A stretch of 57,751 nucleotides of DNA, counting the filler, from Sphacelaria rigidula (taxonomy: Eukaryota), in NCBI GenBank assembly GCA_964200075.2. It is 8 parts of 8 records of this genome, joined end to end, with 100 filler letters (N's around TTAATTAATTAA, not from the genome) between each part and the next. Parts side by side here need not be neighbours in the genome. Positions count along the whole stretch, not along the records: positions 7,233 to 14,364 come from CAXNAA020016328.1; positions 14,465 to 21,596 come from CAXNAA020016329.1; positions 21,697 to 28,827 come from CAXNAA020016330.1; 5 more parts are not named here. One strand, given 5' to 3'. Under the pieces are notes generated by a model. That model was not told where the DNA came from and did no database searches. It saw only the letters and a program-made list of their open reading frames with translations. Below are positions 12,201 to 23,818 of this stretch, piece after piece; position 1 is the first letter of the stretch; each line of letters starts with the position of its first letter. Both the position numbers and the translations under genes were made by a program.

Positions 12201-14364
12201 GTACAGCAGTCTTCACTACCAGTGTACAGTACAACCGAGCCCCGAGTGAGCTGACGCCCGTGACTATCCGAAAGCACAAGGGAGCCTCAGTAAATACAAG
12301 TAAAAGAACGCGGAAAAAAAAAAAGCGAGTTACTAACAACTGCTTGAGCAGCAAAACACAACGCCAAGCAACACATGAACTTCCTAACCAAGCAGAACAA
12401 GGTCCGTTTATCGATCTATATCACACTGGCGTACGACGAATTGGCCGTGTTTTGCTTGGTTTTTCAGTAGCCCGCGCGTCTTCTCATAGCCTTGCCGCGT
12501 TGTCAAGTTGTCCCTTACTGTAGCCCTTTGCTGCTCCTCACTTTTGGTTCATCTGTATTTTGACCCCCCGGTTAGGAGCAGTTCCAACAGTCCTTCGTTT
12601 TCATTTAGCTTTAGAGTGCTTTTCTTTCCCAGTCAATCAGTGTGCCTCCCTGCATTTGTTTCCGCTACATTTCCGCTGCAGCAGCAACGATTGCAACCTG
12701 CCCTTTGCCCCTCTCTTGTTTGGGTCGCTTCTTTTGTCTGGCGACACCCTTGTTTGGTAGTGCCGTTGTGCTGTTGCCATCGTCCTTTTCAACCCGCTCA
12801 ACGTTCGGTCCACTGGGGTGCTGTACAACCTTCACGAACAGTTGAACATATCCCTTACTGAACCGATACAGAACACGCCGCTTCTCTCTTACGGTGACAT
12901 CGACTATACCTTTTCTCCTTGAGAACGTCGCCACTTGTGTGCCGCTGCTGTGCTTATAGTGTGGTGTCCTTTTACTTTTGACACTGACTACTTGAGTGTA
13001 TTCATACTTTTCTGCACGACTATTTGCGTTGCCAGCTTTACCGCGCAACTGTTCAGGTCGTCGCGCTTGCCGCCCCAGCTGTGTAGAGTACTGTCGCACA
13101 CACTAATTGTTCTTCCGCGCGATCATCTGCACCAACCTACTCGATATATTCGGTGCTATCATCTCTCGCCGCACCTCTCCCCAGGTTTTCTATCACACAC
13201 CGCCCTGCTACTCCATTTTTCGCTGGGTGAGCACTACGTGGTCAATTTTTCACCTTCGGGTCGTGCATTTCCCAACGCGCTCTTCATTTTTTGTGCGAGC
13301 ACTGGTACATACATATATATATTATCTTTCGCGCGGGTACTACACGCTTCTCTTTTCCTTTTAGCCTTAGCCAGCGTGTTCCATTGTTTCCCCTCTGGTG
13401 CTCCACCCCCTGGATCCCTCTACATTTCCCTGAATTCTTGTTCGAAAGTTTTCGCATTTTCTGCAAGCCTTTCCGCTTGGCACCTGACCTGCACCAACAA
13501 CTCGTGTTTCAGTCGACTGCTACAGCGGTCCTCTCTTGAACCCCTGCACTTCAGTTCTCTGTTTCACACTTTCGTAGCCGCACTTTTTATCCTCTTTCTG
13601 TCTGGACTTTCACAGAGCTTTACACGTCGCCACCCTTTTTAGCAACGTATTCTACCTTAGTATTGGTGCCCTCTTCGGCGGTCTCGAGTAGTTTTTTTGT
13701 ACACCTCCTGTGTGCGGTATTTTTACTTGCCCCACTGCAATACCCTTCTCGAGCGTGTGCCTGATCACTACGTATACCTGTCATCTTTGCCGTGCGCAGC
13801 GCGCTCGTAGGACATTTTGTCCAAGTGTCTCCCTCCTTTCCCAGTCGCCTCATTGCTAGTTTTACCCTCGCATCCAACCCCTCGTGCGACCACTATTAGG
13901 TTTCTCTCGGTATATCTGTGAGCTTGTTCCCTTGCGACTATTTACGCCTTGGTACACTCTCCGCGCGCCCACTCTACTTCCCCATATACAGTTTTCTCTG
14001 GAGGTGTCTTATTTCCGCCGCAGATTCTCCCTTTTTGGCGCTTAATCAGCTCTACCTTTTTGCGCTGCTGTTTGCCTTTTAAGACTCGGAATTGCCGCAA
14101 TTACACTGTTTGTTATTTATTATCACAACAGTCTACTCTAGTTTGGTATAACTCCGTTTATAAAATCCTGTAGTCCTTACTGCTTAATTTTTCCTGTTTT
14201 TCGGTACTTACCATCTCCTGCCGAGTTTACACTACCTCTTATTATTATTATCCCACAACCTTTATACTCTGGTATCTGACGTCTATTTCTACTTCTTCAC
14301 CTTAATATGAAACAACAGCAGAAAATAACTTTCCCCTCGGTATTGCCTACTTACGAATCTTTAC
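9255..14364. mobile_element. Probable heavily decayed retroelement-derived sequence (unclassified)
   Basis: No splice-compatible exons found; strong strand-asymmetric composition switching near 12400; many broken coding-like stretches. Minus-strand ~13620-13900 (SGRT.../LDARVKLAMRRLGKEGDTWTKCPTSALRTAKMT) weakly recalls the integrase NG-x-x-ER...W...LP-x-AL region. Confidence 0.3.
10757..10876 (+). repeat. Tandem duplication, 2 x 61 bp
   Basis: agggtt(t/c)tgaaatcctccaaggtgagct(g/c)ggcgctcgccgcattaccgagggatgcgga starts at 10757 and 10818, with 2 mismatches. Confidence 0.95.
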
Positions 14365-14464
14365 NNNNNNNNNNNNNNNNNNNNNNNNNNNNNNNNNNNN
14401 NNNNNNNNTTAATTAATTAANNNNNNNNNNNNNNNNNNNNNNNNNNNNNNNNNNNNNNNNNNNN
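14365..14464. other. Artificial contig linker
   Basis: N44-TTAATTAATTAA-N44. Confidence 0.99.
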
Positions 14465-15809
14465 GGTCGGTTTCGGTGGGTTTGAAAAAAAAAACGAACA
14501 TAAACGAAAAAAAACGAAACCGAGCACTTCTCGGTCGGTTTTTCGGTCGGCTTTTCGACGAAACTAAAAAACAAAATTATTATTTTTTAATTTCCGAAGA
14601 GCTCGTTGCGCATTACGGGCGGTTGGCATTATTATGTGACGAGTGACGAGATGGATCGTATGATAGCGGTGTCCAGTGGCCTTCCTGCCTATCCCTCCGG
14701 CCGCTGCGCCAGATGATATGCACACTCGACACTATATTCTAGATATTGTGTAGATACAACTTCCGGCATAAGTGTCATAAGGCTTCAAATTCCTCGAAGC
14801 TGCAAATTGTTCGAGGGGGATGTAAGATGTGAGCATGAATAAGCACTGTGTAGGCTGAGGGCGCCAGTTCACCACGAAACATGGAACATGTCACACATTA
14901 TACGGAACACAATGCAAACACACACACAGCAATCGCATGGCTCGTGAACTCACCGTTCATGAGGGAGCGGTACGGGCGGTGGGTAATCCGAGGCGTTGGG
15001 CGCTGAAATTTTGACACACCATACCATCACTACGTACAACCTTCCCGGGAATGCTAAGAAAAAAAATAGAAGAACGGAGCGATGGAGCGGTTTGAAGTTT
15101 CTGCAAAAACGAGCAAAATGCTATAACTCCGTGAAAATGAAGAAGTACGGGGGTATCTCCAGTGTAGTTGTGCGTCCTTGTGTGGAGGAGATCCTCGTGC
15201 AATTTCGGCCCAAAATTCCAGACATTCGAAAAATGAGCACCTAGATCGGCCTGGTATGATAAATAATGATGTGAACTTATGCACACGGCCTATTGGCGAT
15301 CGATACCTGACCAGCATTTATTTCCCCGAGTCGATAGGCTCTTGTTCGTTTTTTTTGTCAAAAATGTTTCCGTATAGAAGGTGTGTTCTGCTCGTCGTTT
15401 GTTTATTTTTTTGCTGTACTTTCGTCTTTTTTATTTTTTCTTGACGTTTTCGCGCGTCGATTAAGCTTTGTTTGTCTCGCAGGAAGTAAATATTCGTACA
15501 AGAGTTTTTTTCGTGTCTTGCCTCAATGGAGGGAAAAAAAAAAAAAGACTGCCTGTATCCAGTGGGCACGAGTGACACTGAAATATTCACGGGTCGAACA
15601 AAAAATAGTGACTCGTCTGACGATTACTTTTTTTTTCTCCTCTGGTGCGATTCATGCGTTCCGTACGAACCAATCAGTGATCCCTGGGCTTCGTTTTCAG
15701 CATTGCACTCCAACTACGCCTTCACGACGGGAATGAGATACTCCTGAGGCATAAAAAAGAAGAGAAAGAAAAAAGAAGTCAATCTCAGACGCATCTGGCA
15801 AGAACCAAT

Positions 15810-15870
15810 GAAACCCGCATTTTTCCCGCCCCTAATGGTGCCAGTTGTACCATTAGATCACCAGGGCGCG
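15810..15870 (-). mobile_element. Diverged head of tRNA-derived SINE
   Basis: Reverse complement cgcgccctggtgatctaatggtacaactggcaccattagggg...gggttt aligns to the SINE head at 48733. Confidence 0.6.
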
Positions 15871-16156
15871 TTGTTCCTCTTCCTATTATCCTCCTTTTTT
15901 TCCCCATCATTATTGTTTTCGTGTGTCGTGCCCTTCCTCCCGCCTCTTCCGCCTAGTGGTTGGAGGTGGCATGAAATCGTTTGATGCACTATACAGGCAG
16001 TAGGGAGAAAACGATGGCTATAGTACGCGATAGATGGTGGCCACAGACGGCGAAACAGGACGGGTATGAGATATGTAAAAAAACTTTCGTGTAATGTATG
16101 GAATAAACGTCATGAGTGCCTTAATGTTGTAGGTGTCTTCACGAGGAGTAGGAATG

Positions 16157-16323
16157 GTGCTCCTTGTCGAAAGGGATGCGTGGTCAATGGTCAAACGACG
16201 AAGGCAAGCAACAAGTGAGTACCCCCTCCCCCTCCTCTGCGAGGTCAACGGTCATATGACTATGGCATGCAAGATCATGAGTACGCCCCCCCCCCTCCCC
16301 CCGCCACCCGCTCCCCCGCCCCC
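16157..16323 (+). repeat. R1 family partial copy (two tandem ~55-bp modules plus poly-C) just upstream of an exon
   Basis: gggatgcgtggtcaatggtcaaacgacgaaggcaagcaacaagtgagtacccc followed by gaggtcaacggtcatatgactatggcatgcaagatcatgagtacgccccc. Confidence 0.75.
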
Positions 16324-16355
16324 GATGCGCCTCGTAAAGTCTCAACTGCAACAAG

Positions 16356-19300
16356 GTAACGAGGACTTGGTGCAGCAGCTGATGCACGATCCTGACTTCC
16401 CGTGGGAGCCGTCCGTGGTGAGAAAACGGCGGGGGGCATGGGTCTGGAGTGTTACTTTTTTTCTTGCGTTCTATCGTGGTACCGTTTCATTCAACCTCTC
16501 CCGTTTTGTCCCGCGGGGTCTCGATCAGATTCGGCGTTACTGTACTGCACTGCACGTTCCCACCTGATATCTGGCGTTATCCTCGCGGATTGGATCATGA
16601 CCACAACTCCCGCACCCCGTCTACGTTCTCGTTATTGGTAGCATCGGTGATAGTTTAGTAGTATTCATCTGCTACTCATGTTTTCATGCTTTCGACGGTG
16701 GAAATCATAATATTCTGGAACAAGACGTCCGTCATTTGTTTGTGTTCGAGAAAAAAACATTATGTGAAGACAACCACAAATGAAACGTTTCGCCGTGACT
16801 GGCTGATGGTTCATTTTAATTTACATCGCCAGGACACGGCGACAATACACTGCCGTTTTGCTTTTTTCTGTTTCTTTTTTTTTGCCGTACATATTCAGAT
16901 CACCCCTTTCCCCCGTCGCCCCGTTCCCATGCCCCTTGCTCGGGACAAATCTGTTGAGTAATGTCGACGGATCAACGTCACCTCTCCCTCAAGTGACTTG
17001 CCCAAATATAATGGTGAATAAAATAAATAACATGCATCATTTCATGGTGGCATGGTAGCGGTAAAGGCTCAATTCAAATACTCGATTTGCTTTCTATTCG
17101 ATAGGGGGATCGTTGGCATGCATGCAATCGATCCGTCATAATCCACTCAAAATTCGTGAGAATCAGTAGGCATTGGTGGAAATAAGAGGGGAAAAAAACG
17201 TGCTTGGAAAGCATTTCGCGACATTTGTGCTAGCAGTCATTTTTTGTCCGCTAAAAAATGTCGGTCAGCTATTCGGGTGTTAGCCTCCGTCATTAGCCAG
17301 AGGTCAGATTCTAGTCCCTGAGCATAAGTGCCGCAGTTTCCCCGCACGAACCAAAGCTTCTTCGGAATTTTGACGTCTTGTTTGGGCTATGACTGGTTTT
17401 GCACCATCATTTATGTCCTCACTCCATCAAGCAGCACCCCCCCGTCCCCGTCCATGAGGCAGCGTGTAACCCGTGGCTGTCTCTGGAAGTGGCGATGCCA
17501 GAAAATGGACTAACTTATCGTAGGCTGTCATCCATATGCATGATAATCAACACGATCCTGGCCGAGAAATCTTGGTACGATGCAGCTCACCCCTCACGCG
17601 ACTCGCCGAACACATCACGGCGCTTCGCGCTTGGTGATTGATTGCGAGCCTGGTTCGGCGAGAGCCCGGCGTGCTCCGTCTCTGTTTTGCAGGGATGTCA
17701 CGTCAATGGTTTTATGAGTACACCTCCCCCCTGCCCTCAACCCGTTCACTGGACGTCCGTTGTAACTTTGCCCTCAAGCCTGGGGCATCCGGCGAGAGAC
17801 CAGGGTCATCTTCCTCTGCAAGTGCGGGGGCCGCCGCGGCTGCTGCCGCAGCAATGGGGGAGTCGCCCGCGTTTCCTTCCCAGCGCAGGCTCTCGCTCCA
17901 GTTGGAACCATCGCAACAAGAGCTGGAGAACCAAGAAGAAGTAGACAAGAGGTGCGCGGGGTTTTACCGTACCGGAGGGTGCCGTGGATGGTGACCCCTC
18001 TCGCTTCCCCCTCCTTCCCCGTTTGACTTGTGATTCGAACGTGTTTCGTTGTCGTTTTGGTGGTACTTGTCGCGCACCTAATTTTACCTATGTGTGCTGA
18101 CTCCGATAGAGTTCACCGGCGTTGAGCTACACATGTTCATGGTTGATGGTACTTGATTTTGAGTGTGTGCAACGAGAATCGGGTGTTTGATAGGGCTGAT
18201 AGTCCCGTGTGCTCCTCGCGTGCGCAAAACGCGTTTTCGTTGAAATCGGCGCCACAGGCGTCGATTTCGGGTTGGAGTCTACTACGGCCGCACCTTACCC
18301 AGGGAATGTATGTACCGGCCTTGCCCGAGGGTTCTCGATATGCGTTGGGGTCGGGGTTAGGGTGAGGGTTAGGGGCAGCGATAATTGTAAAATTGTGTCA
18401 ACCATGGACATTTGTAGCCCAACGCCGGTAAACTAGCCTCGCTTACTTGCCCCTTGCTTGTAATTCTGTCACCGATGATCGACATCGAAAATTCCCTCGG
18501 AATATTTTTTCCTCTTCTTTTTATTTTTCCTTGCGCTCGGTCCCTTTTGTTGATGCGGTCAATCTTGAGCCATTGGTGGTTGCATGTGGGCCTTACACTC
18601 AATACTGAGTGAATAAACGGCGGATGCCCGCTATTTTTGATGAAGAAAAACCGCAAGAGGTGTAATGCGTACAGTATGGAATCTATCATCTCTATAGATC
18701 AATACTTACACTGTCAAGGCGTGTACTGCTTACAGTATGGAATCTATAATCTGTATAGATCACTGCTTTTGTCAAGAAGTGTACTGCGTACAGTATGGAA
18801 TCTGTGGTCTATTATTGCAAATAGACCACGGTTCGGACGAATCATCGCCAGTTCGAATCACCAAATCCACGATTTCTTGGGCCTTATTGGTCGAAGGAGA
18901 GAAAAAAAAAAGTCCACCGCTGACCGAACAGGTCTCCACACCGCTTTTGTGCCATTCCACGTGCCTGGGCTGCGCGTACCTGGCTTGCAACGCTGAAAAC
19001 AAAGCGTAAGGATTGATTCGTACGGTACGAATCATTCACACTAAAATCAAATAATCCCAGGACGAATCATTGCTTCGTCCGACCCGTGAAATATACACAA
19101 CTGTCGGTACTGCTGTACGCATCGCACTTTTTGACAAGGTCATGTTTCGTCATTTTAAGGATGTGGTGTCTTGAGCACCCGATATATATTCCAGGGTACC
19201 CCACCAGGGTAACGACCACCGAAACTTTCGAGAATCCTGGATACCTGGAGTATGGTCAGAGGGAAAAAAGTAGCGGCCCGCTCATAAAAAGACTGAAAAT

Positions 19301-21256
19301 CAGCCTCAATCGGATTATTCTAATCTGATGGAAAGGCGTACTGTAGTAGACTCACGCACATTCTTTGGTATTCCCAGCCGCACAGTGAACCCAAGGTAAA
19401 GAGCGTGGCGTGTAGTGTAACAGACAACATCATGGTGACTGGCTGTATTGAATCCTGCGTCTGTAATTTGTTTCAAGTTCATCGGTACCGTCATGTGCAC
19501 CGTGCTGTTTTGTGTAGCGTCCATCCGCTGCGACAGAGCTTCATCTTTGTTCATTCGGAAGGCACGAGAGCAAGTATCACCCCCTTCCCAGTGAGGGCCA
19601 TAATGTTGGATTCACCGTCCAGACTTGAAAAAGGAAGACGATACCCAGATGACCCACCCTGGTGCACCCTGGTGGTCAAAGCATCAACTTTTCACACGTC
19701 GGACATCTCATGAGCTAGCTGTCTGAAATAACCAATCGAGTAAGACTCTCGGATCAATTGTAGAAGAACACGAAACACGTGACAGCAGTGTCGACGAGAA
19801 GCCAAAGCGTTACCTTCTCGCTACACGGCGTGCTCGCCGTCCATCGCTGTCGGGAGCTGATGCGGAAATAGTGGCCAAATGAGCTAGCTCATGATCCGGA
19901 TTAGTACTCTAATAACAAGTAATATCGAGGTACTGTAGCTCATGACCTGCAACGTTTAGAGCTGGTGGGAAGAAGAGTTCATGCCCTTTGAAGGCTTCGT
20001 GTAATATGACTCTTGGGTGTTATTCATCGGAGGGAAGGAACAGGGAGGGGGAAGGAGAAGACTGTACTGTACTGCTGTTGTATTACTGGTGTACTGCGCG
20101 TCCTAGTTCGGCTTTCCTTGTCTATACCATCAGCCCCAGGGTGTGTAATCTGCTACACTGGCATATTTTAACTTGAAAAATGAAAAATGTTGTACAGACA
20201 GTACGGCCGTAAGCAATACACCAGAGCAGTGTGCGTGTGTGTGTCAAGTGCACAGAAGGTCTCTTCGCGTTCTTCGGAAGCAACCGGATGGTTCCTTCTT
20301 TTCTGACTGGTTGAGCTTGATTATTCCACCGGGAAGAATCGGACACACTTATTTTTTCATGATTAGCATCCCTAACTGTATGCAGTTCAGCAGAGTACAT
20401 TTCGTACTCTGCCCTACCCCAGGCACCTTTGCAATACCATTTATCTGTGCGACCCGGATAGTTTTTTTTATATTTTTCCGTAAATTTCATACTGTACTTG
20501 CTCCAATACATCGTTTTGTCTTTTGTCGTTGTTATTACATTCCGCGGGACGGTCAAAGTTCCTCCTTTTTTTTAAATTCTTCTTGTTCAACAAAACCACT
20601 TCGAGATAATGATGCCACATATCTTTTTCAGTGAGGACTTCCTCCATTGCTCGTTCGTTGCAATGTTCGGTTGTTTGTCATGTCTGTATTTCAGCCCGGA
20701 TTTTAAGGGGTTTCTAGTGCCCGTGGCGGCTGTAGACGCGGCGACGGGAGGTGGGGTGCCGGCGTCCACGGCCGAGGATCATTTACTGGAAAGGGGTCCG
20801 ATCCTCACGAAGAGGCTTTCGCTTGAAGAAGGCATCTTGCCGGCGGTGGAGCCCGTGCGTTCGTTTTTTATATTCTGTTCCGTTTTGTTCCGTTCTGTTC
20901 CCGACTTCACGTGACGTATACATTTTTGTCTTTTCCTGTGTGTGTGCGTATTTTTTCTTTTCCTTGTCTTTTATTGATTGATTGACTGTATACAATGATG
21001 TCCTTTTTTGTGTGTGTGTTTTTTTTTCTGTCTCTTATTGTATAACTTTTTGCTACTTTTTTTTCTTGTATACTTCATTATGACTTGAGGGTATAACTTC
21101 GTTTTATAACCTTGTTGTATAACTCTTTTGGACCACAATACACAGGATTTGGAGGCAGGCGATGGTGGAGGTGGCACCGGCGGCGCGGCAGTGACCCTCC
21201 CCTGGAATGCAAACGCCTCCCGCGACGTTGGCTACATTGTGTCTCTCCCGGGAGAG
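16356..21256 (+). CDS. Internal exons of an unknown protein (partial gene)
   Basis: Exons 16356-16417 (NEDLVQQLMHDPDFPWEPSV|gtgaga), 17779-17951 (PGASGERP...QEEVDK-ag|gtgcgc), 20695-20854 (cag|c-PDFKGFLVPV...ILPAVEP|gtgcgt), 21146-21256 (cag|DLEAGDGGG...YIVSLPGE|gtgggt). The three junctions are phase-compatible (0, 2, 0) with no stops; GC-rich exons in AT-richer introns. Confidence 0.75.
17580..17740 (+). repeat. R1 family copy, intronic
   Basis: tgcagctcacccctcacgcgactcgccgaacacatcacggcgcttcgcgcttggtgattgattgcgagcctggttcggcgagagcccggcgtgctccgtc... ends in a C-rich tail ~40 nt before the 17779 exon. Confidence 0.9.
18661..18805 (+). repeat. Tandem repeat, ~60-bp unit x 2.4
   Basis: tgta(a/c)tgc(g/t)tacagtatggaatct starts at 18661, 18722 and 18780. 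Confidence 0.85.
19693..19894. mobile_element. MITE-like element related to 30787-31043
   Basis: Begins cacacgtcggacatctcatgagctag (same terminus as 30787) and contains the inverted agctagctcatga at ~19882-19894. Confidence 0.55.
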
Positions 21257-21596
21257 GTGGGTTCGTTGCTCGCTGTTCGTTGGCGAATATGTGGAGATAT
21301 ACAACGTGACAGATAAATATATATTTTGGAGTTGGGTGGTTTTCATTGTTTGTGGTTCAACTCATATCGCCGTACAGTCGACGCGTAAATTACAATCTTG
21401 GTACAGCGAGCCAAGAGAGTAAGCAGGCAACAAGCAACACTCAACCTGTCAATCTGATGCAATAGTAGTTGTGGGCACTTTCATCCTTTTTCGGTTCATT
21501 TTCTGGGTTAGGCTCTTCACTTTTTAACTCTTTTGGGACCGGATCTCCAGAACGACCAATGATGCTGGTCAGGAATGACGTGTCTGGCGTCTAAAC

Positions 21597-21696
21597 NNNN
21601 NNNNNNNNNNNNNNNNNNNNNNNNNNNNNNNNNNNNNNNNTTAATTAATTAANNNNNNNNNNNNNNNNNNNNNNNNNNNNNNNNNNNNNNNNNNNN
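21597..21696. other. Artificial contig linker
   Basis: N44-TTAATTAATTAA-N44. Confidence 0.99.
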
Positions 21697-21890
21697 CCCA
21701 TCCTCCTTCGCTAAAAGGATCCGTCCTCTATGGTCAAACTATGCAGGCAAACCAAAACTGAGCACCCCCCCCCCCCCCCCTTGTTGACATGGAGTTGTTA
21801 TCTTTCACCCAGAAGTCTGAAGTTGTTGAATATATGACCGTAATGATATTTGGAAATTGTCATGAAATTGTTCATGTTGTGACTGCTTAA

Positions 21891-22203
21891 CTTTAATTTA
21901 TTTATTTTTATCTGTCGCACATCAACCCCCCTTCGTCGGGAGGAGTCCGTGGTGTCGAGGGATCAAGCCATCTGTCCCCGTTACACACCTGGTATTTTCG
22001 TCTCGCGAAATGGGTCAGCACTCCCTAATCGCGTCAACTCTCGTCAAACAAGCTCAGTCAACTACTTTTTGTTTACTCACGTACTATTCAAAAACGCTTT
22101 CGACGATGGACGCCAGATTAAAAAAAAAAACATCGCATCGGGATTCGAACCCTCGTTCTTTCCACCCTAATGGTGACAGTCCGACCATTACACCACCAGG
22201 GCG
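21891..22203 (-). mobile_element. tRNA-derived SINE, near full-length copy
   Basis: Reverse complement: gccctggtggtgtaatggtcggactgtcaccattagggtggaaagaacgagggttcgaatcccgatgcg (A box TGGTGTAATGG, B box GGTTCGAATCC); body colinear with 48733-49039; A-rich tail. Confidence 0.85.
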
Positions 22204-22483
22204 TGGCGGCAAACCCGTTTGCGGCCACGTCATGTACTCGCACCAGGCGATGTCGACAGCGTACTCCCTGTGTTGAAGCTCTTCGTTCCCTGGGATACTA
22301 TACGTATCCCTACACCGCGCGCGCAGATGGAAACAACAGAATATACTACGAACAAGAGTTGGTACAAACATATGTTTTACAAACCGAATGCTGTACTGTA
22401 GTCACTGACAACAAACCGAACACACTGAAAACACACAAATATGACCATGTACACACACATGTTTTCACCTACGAAACAAACAG

Positions 22484-23043
22484 GCGGTACACATGTCCGT
22501 CTACGACGGCGTGAAGGAAACCGCGCCGAGCGTCAAAGACATCCCGCCGCTTCTGTCGGGCTTCTTCGAGCGAGAGATCAGCGCGAGGTACAACATCGAA
22601 GAAGACGTGGTCACCGTCAAGCCCACGCGCCAGGCCGCCTCGCGACCTGGCTGGGCTGCCGCCGCTGCCTCCGCGGCTGCCGCGTCAGCAAACTCAACCA
22701 ACGGGACTTACGGCGGGGGAGGTGCAGGTAACGCCGGCGCCGGCTATGGGAGTTATGCCGCCCCTGCCCCAGTAGCGTCGGCCGCGTCGGCGGGAGCTGG
22801 TGTTCCGGGAATGCCGGCGATGGCTGCGCCGCCGCTGCCGCCGAAGCCTAAGCCCCCCAGTGATCCGCAGGCTAGGGTGTTGTATGACTATGATCCGGCA
22901 GGGCAGGAGGGGATGATCGCTGTGTCCGCTGGCCAGGTACGCGTTGTGTCGAGTTGGGGGTGTTTTGACGTACGAGTGTTCGTTGGGGAGACGGGGGCGG
23001 GGGGGGGGGGGGGGGGGGGGGGGGGGGTGTGTGTTGGGGGGGG

Positions 23044-23077
<34 letters not shown>

Positions 23078-23818
23078 GATATGTCGTGTTGTGTTTATTG
23101 ATGGGTTTGTTTCGGTGGGGGGGTGATGTTGTGGTTTTGTGGAAGAGGTTCTCTGTGTCGACAGGGTCGGGTTTTTGCCCTCTTTTTTTGTGTTCGCATG
23201 TGAGCCCCGGAGAAGCGGTAGCATATTCAGGGTGTCGATGTGGTCGGTTCGAGTACGAACAGACCGAGCAGGAAGCGAGGCCATTGCTCTTTTGCACCCA
23301 GACTCGCCATTATGTTCGTTGTATGGTGATTCATTTGCGTATGTTGCGTTTTGGAGATGCCTTTTCAGATAAATTTCGTCATGTACTTTCATCATACATG
23401 AATATGGACAAGAAAATTCATTGGGTAACTGACAATTTCGCAGTCCGAATAGAATCTCGTGTTTGATTCGTGTCTATACTACTTTATTTGCATCCAAAAT
23501 GGAGTGACTCCCCTTCCCTTCTCCCTGTACACGTGCCAATGAGCAAGGAAGAGCAGGACGTTCCCGTTGACCCCACCACTTAGCGCACTCAAATATACGC
23601 CACCCACGATGTATTAGCCTTGCACCATCGGCAGCTCACCCTGACGACGACAGTTTCTAATTTTTAATATCCCCTTCTCGTACCCCCTGCCCTTCAACCG
23701 TCCCTAATTTTTACAGATGGTTGGCATCAAGAACCGAGATAGTCCTGATTGGTGGATGGCCGCAACAGATGCCGGCCAAGAAGGCTGGGTGCCGGCAAAC
23801 TATCTGGAGATGCAGTGA
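22484..23818 (+). CDS. 3' end of a gene encoding a Gly/Ala/Pro-rich linker and C-terminal SH3 domain
   Basis: Exon 22484-22936 (cag|AVHMSVYDG...PPLPPKPKPPSDPQARVLYDYDPAGQEGMIAVSAGQ|gtacgc) joins in phase 0 to terminal exon 23717-23818 (cag|MVGIKNRDSPDWWMAATDAGQEGWVPANYLEMQ-TGA). The join has canonical SH3 motifs ALYDY-like, WW and GxVPxNY. Confidence 0.92.
22992..23074. repeat. Long poly-G tracts in the SH3-gene intron
   Basis: Two G runs of more than 25 nt each. Confidence 0.9.

Noticed and set aside
12935-13642. 235-aa hydrophobic ORF as a membrane protein
   Set aside because: Phe/Leu/Ser richness follows from the pyrimidine-rich strand bias; no motif, non-ATG start and no splice context.
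18348-18376. TTAGGG-like repeats as a telomere (also ~5520 and ~32545)
   Set aside because: Only 2-4 degenerate interstitial units, not at a contig end.
18661-18805. ~60-bp periodic repeat as a CRISPR-like array (likewise 42000-42185 and 10757-10876)
   Set aside because: Only 2-4 units, the 'spacers' resemble each other, the context is eukaryotic and there are no cas genes; ordinary tandem duplications.
22694-23395. Minus-strand proline-rich ORFs (233 aa, 141 aa)
   Set aside because: Antisense to the SH3 exon and poly-G tract; the poly-Pro comes from the homopolymer.
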